Assembly: GCA_010909165.1 (NCBI GenBank) | Contig: VJWM01000301.1 | Span: 1 to 64,000, forward strand | Origin: Anthoceros angustus | Taxonomy: Eukaryota > Plantae > Anthocerotophyta | Direction: 5' to 3' | DNA: 64,000 nucleotides | Part shown: positions 53,250 through 64,000 of the stretch, in pieces | Layout of the letters: every line of letters starts with the position of its first letter | How positions within the stretch are numbered: the first letter of the stretch is position 1 | Notes under the pieces: model-generated | Told to the model about the DNA's origin: nothing | Databases searched by the model: none | The model's input: the letters and a program-made list of their open reading frames with translations, nothing else | Program-made: the position numbers and the translations under genes

Positions 53250-54190
53250 GGACATGGTTGTGGGATGAGCGTTCATGATCTCACATCAAACTTGGGTGCA
53301 GTCAATCACATACTTGGGGAACCATATCTTGCGGATGTATGTATAAGGTAGGCTACGAGGGTGGGCAAACCAAATCCCTTCATGTGGTTTTCAATAATCT
53401 CCATGCTACACATGGGGAGCCTAATGAGGCGATACAACTTTACTATGCGATGTGTCGCTGGTGTGGCGGATGCCCACATCTTTGTAGCGCCCTTCAAGCT
53501 TGTGCATTTCTTTGTGGACACGGAATCTAGCGAAAAGTGCGCATGATATGTTGCAGTGACATTCCACCGAACTTGTTTATTGCCAATCGGTGGACATATG
53601 TACGCAAAGTGGTGGAAGAGCACACACGGTTTTCGATAGGTTAGGCGAAAGGATGTCGTGACATGGACGGCCACGATAGTTGGGTATGCAAATCATGGGC
53701 TTGGCCAAGAGGCGCTTGTATGGACAAATGGAGAAGGAGGGCACGATTGTGGGCAACCTTTGCTTGCCTTCCGAGGCCTGTGCAAGCAAGTGCCTTACTG
53801 AAGGCGGGCGGCACTCCGCATTGTGGAGAGAGGGACTAGATAACACACTTGTGGGCACTTGCACGGTGGACATGTAGGCAAAGTGTGGCGAAGTAGAAGA
53901 TGCATCAAGTTTTTCAATGCTTGAGCCCAAAGGATGTGGTGACTTGGAATGCCACGATTCTTTGGGTATGGAAGGGCTTGGTCAAGAGGCGCTATTTTTG
54001 TATGGACGAATGCAGGAGGGCTGGTGATGAGGTTACTTTTGCTTGCCTTTTGAAGGCATGTGCAAGCATTGGTGCCTTCTGGAAGGTGCTGCACTCACAC
54101 TTGTGCAAAGAGGACATTTGGATAACGTACTTGTGGGCGCTTCCTGGTGGACTGTATGCCAAGATGCATGCCTCGTTTTTTGACTTGGCT
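53250..54190 (+). pseudogene. PLS-class PPR gene fragment (several P-L-S motifs), frameshifted
   Basis: HGEPNEAIQLYYAM; FDRL..KDVVTWTATIVGYANHGLGQEAL; LSPKDVVTWNATI; DEVTFACLLKACASIGA; GGLYAK. Confidence 0.85.
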
Positions 54191-55378
54191 AGAAAATTCT
54201 TACACCGACATTTTACAATGCTGGCACTATTTATAAATCGATAAATTTGTATAACATTTTACAATGTATTTGCAATGAACATGCCACAATTTCACTAATA
54301 TATAGCCTCATAAATGACATAAATCAGAAAAGGTCTCTTCCACATATTTACAACGGCATTTGACAAGCATGCCACATCGCAATCTTACTAATATATAACC
54401 TCATAAATTACATAAATAAGGAAAAGGCATGCCACATCGCAATCTTACTAATATATAACCTCATAAATTACATAAATAAGGAAAAGGTCTCTTCCAAAAT
54501 TTACAACGGCATTTCGACAAACATGCCACATCAGCAAATAATATATTTATTCATGGATATTGGCTGGCTTGTGCATTTTACAACCATAGTTCTGACGCAT
54601 GTGCCACGTCGAAAATATACAATAAAATGAATAATCCAATAATATAACATAAATTGGAGAAACCATTTTACAATGATATTTGCAATGAGCTTGCCATGTC
54701 AGCAAATAATAAATTTATTTATAGATATTTATATAAAATGGTTTTCATGCATTTTACAACCATAGCTACAATGCATGTGACACGTCAAAATACAAAAAAA
54801 AGATAATCCCATAACTAACATAAATCCAGAGAAACATATTTACAACATCATTTGCAACGAACTTGCCACATCAGCAAATAATAAATCTATTCATAGATAT
54901 TCCAATAAATGGTATTATTCCAAAAATCAAGTCTTGCACAATTTACAACCACATCTACAACAAACATGGTTTACAACGTCTTTTACAAGTACCGTTTACA
55001 ACATCCTTTATGCCACGTCATTATAAATTCAACAAAATGTAGTTTTATTAACAAATAACCCCCATAGTTTTCTAAATCAAAAGAGTTTATGCACAATTAA
55101 CAACGTCATGTACAACGAGCAAGCCATGTCAACGTTGTAAAATTTGTGTCAACATGCCATGTCAACAAATCCCGTTGTAAAATTCGTGTCAACATGCCAT
55201 GTCAACAAACCCCCATTGTAAAATCCATGCCACATCATATTAGTTAGGAACCCTTGTTGTAAATGTTCAAAAACTTACAGGGCTTTGAGTAGTAAGAGTG
55301 TTGTAGTTTCCTCTAACTAAACTTAGACCCATTTGTAAAGAGTAGCCCTCCTTGTAGTGAGTCGGTGGGATTAGCCAA

Positions 55379-56917
55379 GTGGATTTTGTGTTTCCCTGCA
55401 CCAAGTTGGATCATATGGCGAGACTCACTTCCCGGTCTTTCTTCATGAGGTGGTTAAAGGTACACAACTCGATTGGGCGGATGATCTTGAAAGAGCACCG
55501 TGGAGAGAGCGGCGCTCTCCCTTCCTCGGCCCTCCTTGATTTCACCTTTCTAATTCATGTATTCGCGCATTCCGGGTGTCTAACGGAGTTGGAAGCTGTG
55601 TCTGCCCTTCATAGCTGGAAACCGGTCAGGGAACTCAAGGTAGAGGAGGAGGAGTGTAAGGAGGATTCCGGGAAGGATTCCAGCAGTTGGGAATGCGCCT
55701 CCCTAGAAGATTCGGATGAAGGTGGGGAGGTTTCCAAGGGCAAGAAGCGGAGGGCGGCGACGGCTGAACGGGGGTCGGCGAAGAAGGGAAGGACAGCCGC
55801 AGCAGAAGAGGAACCCACAGCTACACCTAGGGTCACCAGGTCGAAATCGCAAAGCAGGCGAGCGGTGAAGGAGGAGGAAAATAAAAGGGAACGACAAGTT
55901 GTTCCCCTCGTGTGTGGGAGGAGTCAGCTTAGGAGAGATTGGAGCGGATGAGGAAGTAGTGGCGAACCAACCCTAGAAGAGGGGTTAGTTTCGATAGCCA
56001 AGTCCGCGACGGAGCTCCGGAACATTTTTGGCAACATTTCACTGATCCGTCCGGCTGAAGTGGAGATAGGTGACACCGCTCGCGTGCGAGAATTGTTGTG
56101 GAGGGGAATGGGCACGGGGGCAGCCCAATTCGGGAATCTGCACGACCATGGCTCGACGCCGGATCTCCTCGACTGTGCGACCATGGCTCTCACCGAGTGA
56201 GTGTGCAGGGCCAACAGGAAAAGTTGCTCAAGGAGAAGTTGGAGAGCCTAGAAGGCGAAAATAAGGTGGCAGAGGAGCGCAGACGGGAATGCGAGGCGGC
56301 CCTATGCAAGGCACAGGAGCAGCTAAGGGCCATGACCACCCAACAGGAGGCCTTAGTGAATCAGGTCAAGGAGGCGCATGCCACAATTGAGGAGTTTCAA
56401 GATGAGGTCTCATGAGCCCAGAACAAGTGGAACAAGTGGGCGCCCTGGAGAAATTCAAGAAGTCATGGAGAGATACAAGCGAGAGAAGTAGGGCTGTAGT
56501 CAAGAAAGAGGTGGCCAAACCAAGAAGGGCAGAGCTGGCAACCGCGATGGCAGAGCCACCACTGGTGAAACCACCACCACGGTGGCTAAACCGCCACCAT
56601 CACTAAGAAGGAACCGAGGTGGGAGAGGTCACCGCAAAAGCCAGAGGTGGGGATACGATCCCCCTGGATTCCGTAAGGCAGCCGGCTCAGGATTGTCCAC
56701 GGGAGGAGAGGGTAAGAACCTCCGAGAAGGGCGGTGCTCTGACGTCCCGGGCCGAGGATGCTCATGTCCACAACCTCGCATGGTGAGCGGGTGCTCACTC
56801 TAAATGTATGGTTATTGGGATGGGGGGCGTAAACTATTGGCTGCACATCTTGGCCTTGCACTGGTTCTTCCGAGCAGGAGCGGGGCCTACCCCCAAGTGG
56901 TGATCAAGGAAATGAGC
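55379..56917 (+). pseudogene. Retroelement accessory-type ORF, 5' part (interrupted by the copia; resumes at 62012)
   Basis: Acidic/basic and coiled-coil-like segments; ...VVIKEMS before the TSD rejoins VRLYVEEEHT after it in the same frame. No recognisable domain. Confidence 0.5.
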
Positions 56918-57199
56918 CAAGGATCGTGGGGCAGCCATGCTGGTGGAAAGAGGAGAGGAGAGGAGGAGGCAAGTGTAGCTCTCTCACATTGAGATGAGGC
57001 TTGGAGGGTATTTATACCCTCCAATGCTCCCTAGGAAGCTCCACAAGAAGCTCCTAGGAAGGAGCACAAGAAGCTTCCTAGTGATTAGCTTAAGCTAAAC
57101 TAATGATACTTAACTGACACCTAACTTAGACTAAGTGTATTAGTCTAAGTACATTGGGCTTTAATACCCTTACAACCTCCCACTTAAAGGCCAATTTAC

Positions 57200-60100
57200 C
57201 TTCGTGGAGAATGGACTATCTCATGCCCATCGGTCCGAGCTTGTGCAAATTGCTCTAGAGAGTCCCTTGGTAAGAATATCTCGGGGTTCTGGTGTGAACC
57301 TTGACAAGTTGTACCCTCTTGTCGTCCAACACCTCTCGAATGAAGTGATACTTCACATCCACATGTTTAGTCTTCGCATGAAACACGATTCTTTGCCAAT
57401 TGGATAGCACCTGCTATCACAATGCAACCGGCGACTCAACCTTGATCCCCAAGTCTCCCACTAGCAAGCCATATGGCTTCCTTGCAAGCCTCGATTCGCA
57501 ACATACTCGGCCTCTGTGGTAGATAGCGTAATGCATCGCAAACGAGATCGCCATGAGATCGCCCCTCCGGTGCGTGAAGACATAACTGATGTGGACCTCC
57601 TTTGTCCATATCCCGCATAATCGCATCTGTACCCAACCACACATGCATCTTCACTACCAAAACATATGCACAAAGCTTTTGTACCATTCGGATACCTCAT
57701 AACTCCTTTTCGCCTCCCAATGCTTCTTGCGGGGTTTGACATAAACACCTAACCACTCCCCACGCAAAGGCAATGGGCGTGTAGCAATCATTGCATACAT
57801 CAAACTCCCTACGGTGATGAGTATGGGACCTTCTCCATTTCGCTTTGTCCTCCTCGAGCTTGGGCAATCCCGCTTGAAAGTTTCACATATGGAGGCAATG
57901 GAGTACCCAATGGCTTCCCTTCTCCATGTTGAAACGCGTTGAAGCACCACATTAATGTATTTCGAGACAAATAAAGCATGCTTATCTTCCGGCGAATACG
58001 CATGCCAAGTATATGGCTCGCCTCTCCCAAGTCTGTCATTTCAAAGTGAGCATTCAACTTTGACTTCAACGAAATCTCATCGATCTTGTTCCAATTAGCA
58101 TATCATCCACATAGAGGATCAAAATGAGCAAGCTTTGATCCTTAGCTTATAGAGGCAATGATCCTCATCGCTTCGTTTGTAGCCTTGAGAAAGCATAAAT
58201 GAGTGGAACTTGTGATACCACTCTGGGTGCTGTTTCAAACCATAAAGGCTCTTCCTCAACCCACACACGGATGCTCTTGCCCTTCTCAACAAAACCTTCG
58301 TTCGCATGTAGACGTCCTCTTGAAGGTCACCATGCAAGAATGCCGTCTTGACATCCATCTGTACAAGTTCCATATCATCCCTGGCAACCAAAGCAAGAAC
58401 ACATCGCAAAGTTGTCATTTTGACTACTGGTGAGAAAATCTCATCAAAGTCAATGCCTGGTTGTTGCTTGAAACCCTTAGCAACCAGTCGGGCCTTGTAC
58501 TTTGGTTTGCCATCAAGCGGTATGACCTTCATCTTGTACACCCATTTGCACGGTAGTGCCTTCTTATCCTTAGGCAACGGAACCAACTCCCAAGTTTGGT
58601 TCTTATGCAGCGAATTCATTTCTGACTGCATGGCCTTCTCCCACTTGTCTTTGTTACTCTGTGAGCCTCTTTGTAAGAAAGGGTTCCCCACAATCTGTCG
58701 ATAACATAATCCGAGATGGATCATACAGCCGAGGAGGTGTAATCTGCACGACCGGACAGCACCTCTATAGGAGTGTTCGACTCTTGGTTCATCTCGGTGG
58801 AGGAATGTGCTCGCACATTACCACGGTATCAACCGCCCATGATGATCATGTCCATCTTCTTGGAAGATCACCCTTCGCACCTCCACGGTTGGAGTAGGCT
58901 TCCTGTGCATCTTGTTCTCATTGAAGAACACGTCGTTAAATAACAACCTTTCTAGCCTCGATCCCACAAACGGTATCCCATCTCAGAATCACCATAGCCA
59001 AGAAAAATACATTTCTTGGACTTAGGTGCCAACTTGTCCCGAAACTCTTTTGGAACATGGCGATGCCTCACAAACACTCGCAGATGCTTGTAGGATGGTT
59101 TCTTTCCGGACCATAGCTCCTCGAACCCCTCATCAATTATTAGGAGATCTGTTAAGATGACGCGATGGTGCCAAAACCCATTAGGCAATCCAGTTTGACA
59201 ACAAACTACGCATCCTCTCGAATGGTTCATTCATCCGCTCGGCCACACCATTTTGTGGAGGAGATATCTGGCGATCAATTCTCTTTGATTCCTTGGAATC
59301 AGAAAGCTTTGAAACATACTCCACCATTATCGTCCACACTTAATCGGTGGCGGGCCGATTCTCTACAAGGGTGACAAATTTAAACACCGTGAACTTCATC
59401 CTTTTTCCTCAAAGGATAAACCCACACCTTGCGTGAGAAATCATCTATGAAAGTGACAAAATAGGAGGCACCGCCTAATGATGCGATGAGCATAGGTCCA
59501 CATACATACATCGGTGAACCAACTCAAGAGGTTTACTTCTACCTCGTGTTCGATGTGATGATATTTTGTCTGCTTCCCATATAAACAGGCTCACACATCG
59601 AGAGATCGAGAGAAGTTAAACGAGGATATAACGAGCAGATAAAACCTTCATTCCCTTGAGACATATGTCCTAAAGCAATGCCACAAGGAAACATTTGGCT
59701 GCTCACACGTATCACATGATCTTTGATGTTTACAGTGAGTACAAAGTGCCACACTTGATCCACGAGCTAACAAGAGAACCTTTGGAGATCTTCCAAGAGT
59801 GATCCCCAAACCAGCGGTAACCGACATCATCCGTCTGCGCTAATCATGCTCTTTGTCAACTTGAACATGCCTAACGTCCCCGGCATGAATGAAGATCCGT
59901 TGTCAAACTTGAGTTGCACATCACCTACGCTGCGATCGGCATGCATATTTCCAAGCCTAACGCATCCTTTCCTTGTAGCATCATACGTGTTAAACCACTC
60001 TCTATGGAGTAACATGGAAAGATGCACCAGTCAATTATCCAATTGCGTAATAAATGACTATCCACGGTACATTAATTGTGATTCAAGTAAGAAGAGATAA

Positions 60101-60888
60101 GGACATCTCCGTCCTCAACAGTTTAACTCTTCCAACTGACATGAAGTCGCCTTCTTGTCGTCGCTTCTTCTCTTTTCCTTGGTCCTTTTGAACTTCTCGC
60201 ACTCTCTTTGAAGTGACCCTTTGTGACAATAGTGACACTCCACATTCTTGTTACGACTAGATTTGCTACGAGAGAAGCTTCTCGGTTGCTTCCCCTTCGC
60301 AGGTGGACCTCCCTCTCATGAGGGCACCGGAACCTTTGGAAGGTTCCATGTTTTTCACCTCCTCGCTTAACAGGCTACCTTCTACATTTACAATGGTAAG
60401 ACCACTAGCGAGGCGAATTACTCGTATGCAGAAGGTATCCCAACTCTCCGTAATGTGACCAGAAACATAGCTCTCACACGGAATCAGGGCGTGATACCTT
60501 GAGATGAGCGGCTGAAAATGGTATTGAAATCATTCGGATGATCGGACATCCTCGTCCCTTCCTTCATCTTCAAGTCCACCAAGTTTCAACCAATACACGA
60601 GAAGCGCACTTTGCTTCTCATACAGTCACATACACTTACGCCGTAACTCGTGGTCTTATCTTTCACATTGAAGTTGTTTTTGACAATGTTAGCATGATAG
60701 TAGATCTAGCAAGCTCATCCAGTCGCCACTCATCACGTCATACTATCCGGTTTGGACGCCTAACAACTTTATGGGCTTGATGCTTTTTACGCACTAGAAC
60801 ATTATACACTTGTTCTTTCCGAGCGGGAAGTTAGTACCATCTAACTTCTCGATATTGAACATGACGTTTTCGGCGATGAAGACATCAT
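57200..60888 (-). pseudogene. Copia gag-pol polyprotein (frameshifted in this sequence)
   Basis: gag FNIEKLDGTNF; knuckle VECHYCHK.GH; protease WIID.GASFHVTP; integrase DVCGPM...YFVTFIDDFSRKVWVY and KSKKCIFLGY; RT KARLVAKGF...QMDVKTAFLHGDL; RNase H LSTTEAEYVA. Confidence 0.93.
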
Positions 60889-61034
60889 GACTCAAAAATC
60901 GTCTGATTAAACACTCAACTCGCCTTGTTAGAAAAGTCAAAAAGATCACCGTGTGTCTGTATTCCACGAGTATTCCGAATATTCGCGTTTTCTCTCGCCG
61001 CCGCGCGTTTCACTTTCTGCGCTGCCACCGTCAC

Positions 61035-61730
61035 GTGGCTGCGCTCGCGCCGCACGCCCGCCGCGCCACACGCGCTCGCCCGCCGCCCGCCGCCCAGCGG
61101 CCGCGCCGCCGCGCGGCCGCGCGCGCCAGCGGCACCTGCGCCGCGCGCGGCGCACGCAGCGCGCGGCTGCACGCGGCGCGCGCGGCGCGCGCTGCGCAGC
61201 GCGCGGCGCCGCCGCGCGCGCGCCAGCGCGCGCGCGCCGCGCCGGCGCCGCGCGCGCGCGGCCGCCAGCGCGCCCGCGGCTGCGCGCCAGCGCGCGCCGC
61301 GCGCGCAGCGCTGCGGGCCGCGCGCCGCGGCCGCGCCCGGCGCGCCCGGCGCGCCGCGCCGCGCTGCGCCCTCCCCGGCGCGCGCCGCGCGCTCGCCTTC
61401 GGCCCGCCGCCGCCCGCCGGCCAGCGCTGGCCAGCGCCCGCCAGCTGCGGCCGGCCGGCCGCGCCGCGGCGCGCTGCGCGCGCGCGCCCACGCCGCGCGC
61501 GCTCGGCGCCGCTCGCCCCGCCCGCGCCGCGCCGCTGCGCCAGCGCTCGCCCTGGCGCCGCGGCTCGCGCGCGCGCCCGCGGCTGCGCTCCCGCGCCGCG
61601 CCGGGCCCGCCGCCGCCTCCGCCCGCCGCGGCCGCGCCGTCGCGGCTCGCTCACGGCCTCGCCGCTCGCGCCCGGCGTTCGCAGCCCTCGCCGCGATCGA
61701 TCGCAATTCCAGCTGCGCGCCCTGCGGCTA
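61035..61730. repeat. Extremely GC-rich low-complexity tract (cgcgccgcgcgc...) in the copia leader
   Basis: ~700 bp almost entirely C/G; source of the Ala/Arg/Pro ORFs in all six frames. Confidence 0.9.
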
Positions 61731-62293
61731 GAAAATTCTAGCATCACAACACCAAACCACTCGATACCGGTTGAAGGATCGTGGGCAGCCATCTTGGTGG
61801 AAAGAGGAGAGGAGAGGAGGCAAGTAGCTCTCTCACATTGAGATGAGGCTTGGAGGGTATTTATACCCTCCTAGGAAGCTCCAGAAGCTCCTAGGAAGGA
61901 GCACAAGAAGCTTCCTAGTGATTAGCTTAAGCTAAACTAATGATACTTAATCGACACCCAACTTAGACTAAGTGTATTAGTCTAAGTACATTGGGCTTAA
62001 TACCCCTTACATGAGCGTGAGGCTGTATGTGGAGGAGGAGCACACGGTGGCTCAAATGATGAAGAGCGGAATAATGTGCAGGGCCTATAGACGCACGACG
62101 CCTATGGAAGACGCCAAGAAACCGCAGCAAGTGATGAGGTGGAGGTTTTGGGGAGAATCGCTCGATCGAGGCGGGCAGGAGAGCGAGAGCGACGGAACCC
62201 CACCGCCGTAGGCTAGGCAAAGAATCATGACGGCTCACCGATTTTAGGGGAGCGCCACATCATAGGCCGAGGTTTCTTGGGTTAGGGATAGGA

Positions 62294-64000
62294 TGTTTTG
62301 AGGCCGCGGGTCAGAGTTACCTCGAATTGGTAGGAGCGCTGTGGTAGTGGGCCATATTTTCAGACATCGGAGTGAGTCGGGAGATCCAACCGAATGTATA
62401 AGAGACCCTGAGAGTCTCAATGCATAATCATGTGTGAACTCCGTGTTGAAGCGCGCCAGGTTGGTTAGGAGACGCCCCGATCAAGATCAAACTCGCTCGA
62501 TGCACCGCTCGCACAAGAAGGCCGGAAGATCCTCGGATGGTCGAGAGCGAGTGGCCAAGCTCCACGCCTGGAGGGACGGAAGGCAAATCGACGACGCCGG
62601 GCGGGAGGTAGGGGTTGCCGCGAAGGCTGAGGCGGAATCCGGAAGGCGAATCGCCACCCGACTTGTTTTCCGATCTTCTTCCCAAATCCGCTGCCACCAG
62701 CGTGTTTCATTCCAAGAGGGGGTCTGTGGTGGCCCAAGGGGTCTGTGTGGCCCAAGAGGGGGTCTGTGTGGCCCAAGGTGGGGTCTGTGTGACCTGTGAG
62801 GAGAGGGAGAGAAGATTTATTTAGGAAGGGGAAGGTCCCCGAAAGGGTGGGTGAGTGCGCGCTGTAAGGGATTGTGTGTGCGTGTGGGAAAATCGGGAAA
62901 TGGTTAGGGGAGAGTGGAAGTGAGTGGTGGAATCGCGGGGAACTGGCGACGGAGTGAGGCGCCGCGGCACTCGAGGTCGTGGTGCATAGCTCCCGGGAAG
63001 GATCCGAACGCGGAAATTCCGGGAAGCGAAGTGAGGGGGCATGTAGGCGTGTGTATGCCCATAACCCCAAGGTCGCGCCGAGAAGTCATGACAAATAGTC
63101 ACCATGCGCTAAGGCGCGGTGGGACCCGCCAAGAACCACCACGCGGTGGCCGAGTCTCCACGGGCGGGTTTGGGTATGGTAGCCGGGAGAGGAGGGGTAG
63201 TGAATGACGGGTAAGTCTAGAATCCATAGTTTTAGAACATCTTGACACAAAACCATTCCCTTGGGATCAATCCGGACTACAAATTACATAGAGGGTAAAT
63301 GTGGCCTCATGCCTTCGGATGCAAAAACCCATTCCACATTTTGGCGCTTGCCGGGAATGAAACTGCGCTGGTTATAGGAAGACTAACCATAGCTTAGGTG
63401 TCCGGGAGGAAGAAGGCTAAGAAGGAGAGGAAGAAGCCCAGACCTGGGAAAAGAGAAGGATCCTCATCCTCCCTAAGAAAGTTCATCAGTGAAGAGAGCT
63501 CCACGTAAGATTCCACAAAGTTCCTGAGGAGGAAACGAGTGATCGAGGAAGCGCCATCGATGAGGAGCGCGCCAAATGGAAAAAAAATGAAGGGTCGCAC
63601 GGACAACAAGGAGTCGGGTAAGGGCAAAACAAGAGGCGATGTACGAAAAAGGACGCGAACAAGCAAGGAGGAGGCCGAGGTGCAAGAAAGTGGAACAACA
63701 GGGAAACAAGATGGAGGAGATAATGGCAAAATTCGAGAAATTCCATCTTAACGCGGTAAAGGAGCACGAGAGAAGGAGAGCTGTCACGAATCCACGGGCT
63801 AACCTCTTCTGTTCAACGTGCGGGCAGCAGGGTCATTCCAAGGCTAACTGCCCGACAACAAGAGTGCATCTGCTCGGATATGAGGAGGAAGAGGAAGATA
63901 CTCCTGTGGAGGATACATACCAAATTCGTGAAGTACGTATAAATCGTGTACCAAGACTATGTATCCTCCAACTTACGAAATTCGCCGTAGGCGTTCAGAA
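62294..64000 (+). mobile_element. Ty3/gypsy (Athila-like) LTR, tRNA-Asp PBS and gag C-terminal part
   Basis: Tentative TG start 62294 after a purine run; tataagaga ~62397; ...ccaca end 63338; PBS tggcgc-ttgccgggaa 63342-63357; MEEIMAKFEKFHLN...LFCSTCGQQGHSKANCP (CCHC at 63810-63851). Confidence 0.7.

Larger units (their letters stand above)
32765..55359 (+). mobile_element. CACTA (En/Spm) DNA transposon carrying host-gene fragments
   Basis: Left end CACTATAAGAAAA at 32765; candidate right end CTTGTAGTG at 55351-55359; mirrored subterminal motifs (TTTACAAC/TTGTAAA, TGACATGGC/GCCATGTCA, GCCACATCA) at 32.8-34.15 kb and 54.25-55.26 kb; internal Tnp2. Flanking 3-mers differ (cct vs agt), so the ends may not belong to one insertion. 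Confidence 0.7.
56918..62011 (-). mobile_element. Full-length Ty1/copia LTR retrotransposon (Tnt1/Tork-like)
   Basis: LTRs 56918-57174 and 61772-62011; TSD TGAGC at 56913-56917 and 62012-62016; PPT (minus ttaagtgggaggt) at 57175-57187; degenerate Met PBS at ~61758-61770; gag-PR-INT-RT-RH order. Confidence 0.95.

Noticed and set aside
60915-61841. Six-frame Ala/Arg/Pro-rich ORFs
   Set aside because: Artefacts of the GC-only tract, which lacks stop codons.
62428-62460. Degenerate Met-type PBS (gttgaagcgcgccaggtt)
   Set aside because: Poor match; the Asp-type PBS at 63342 is clearer and recurs at 15897.
1-64000. tRNA, rRNA or other structured ncRNA genes
   Set aside because: None recognised by eye; tRNAscan-SE/Infernal would be needed to exclude them.

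Overview
Land-plant nuclear DNA (short GT-AG introns, PLS-class PPR relics; species not determinable) in three zones. (1) 1-16.4 kb: retroelement debris, with the end of a copia LTR (1-126), three homologous copies of a large uncharacterised accessory ORF (+,-,+), and an LTR end with a tRNA-Asp (Athila-type) PBS and gag start cut off by a ~1.2 kb RRTATA array. (2) 17.9-30.6 kb: two intact host genes, a 17-exon mitochondrial intermediate peptidase (M3, HEYGH) and an intronless 1413-codon group VIII (RSL-like) bHLH gene with long polyQ/(GQ)n tracts. (3) 32.8-64 kb: a ~22.6 kb CACTA element with a Tnp2 transposase, subterminal repeats and captured host-gene fragments (a COP1 WD40 exon, a three-exon CYP704-like P450 piece, PPR pieces), i.e. 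a Pack-CACTA-like element; then a complete Ty1/copia element (56918-62011, minus, TGAGC TSD) inserted in a retroelement accessory ORF, and a second Asp-PBS gypsy gag with a CCHC knuckle. Repeat-derived parts are rich in small indels while the host genes are clean, so some frameshifts may be assembly error. All assignments come from reading motifs by eye; no searches were run.
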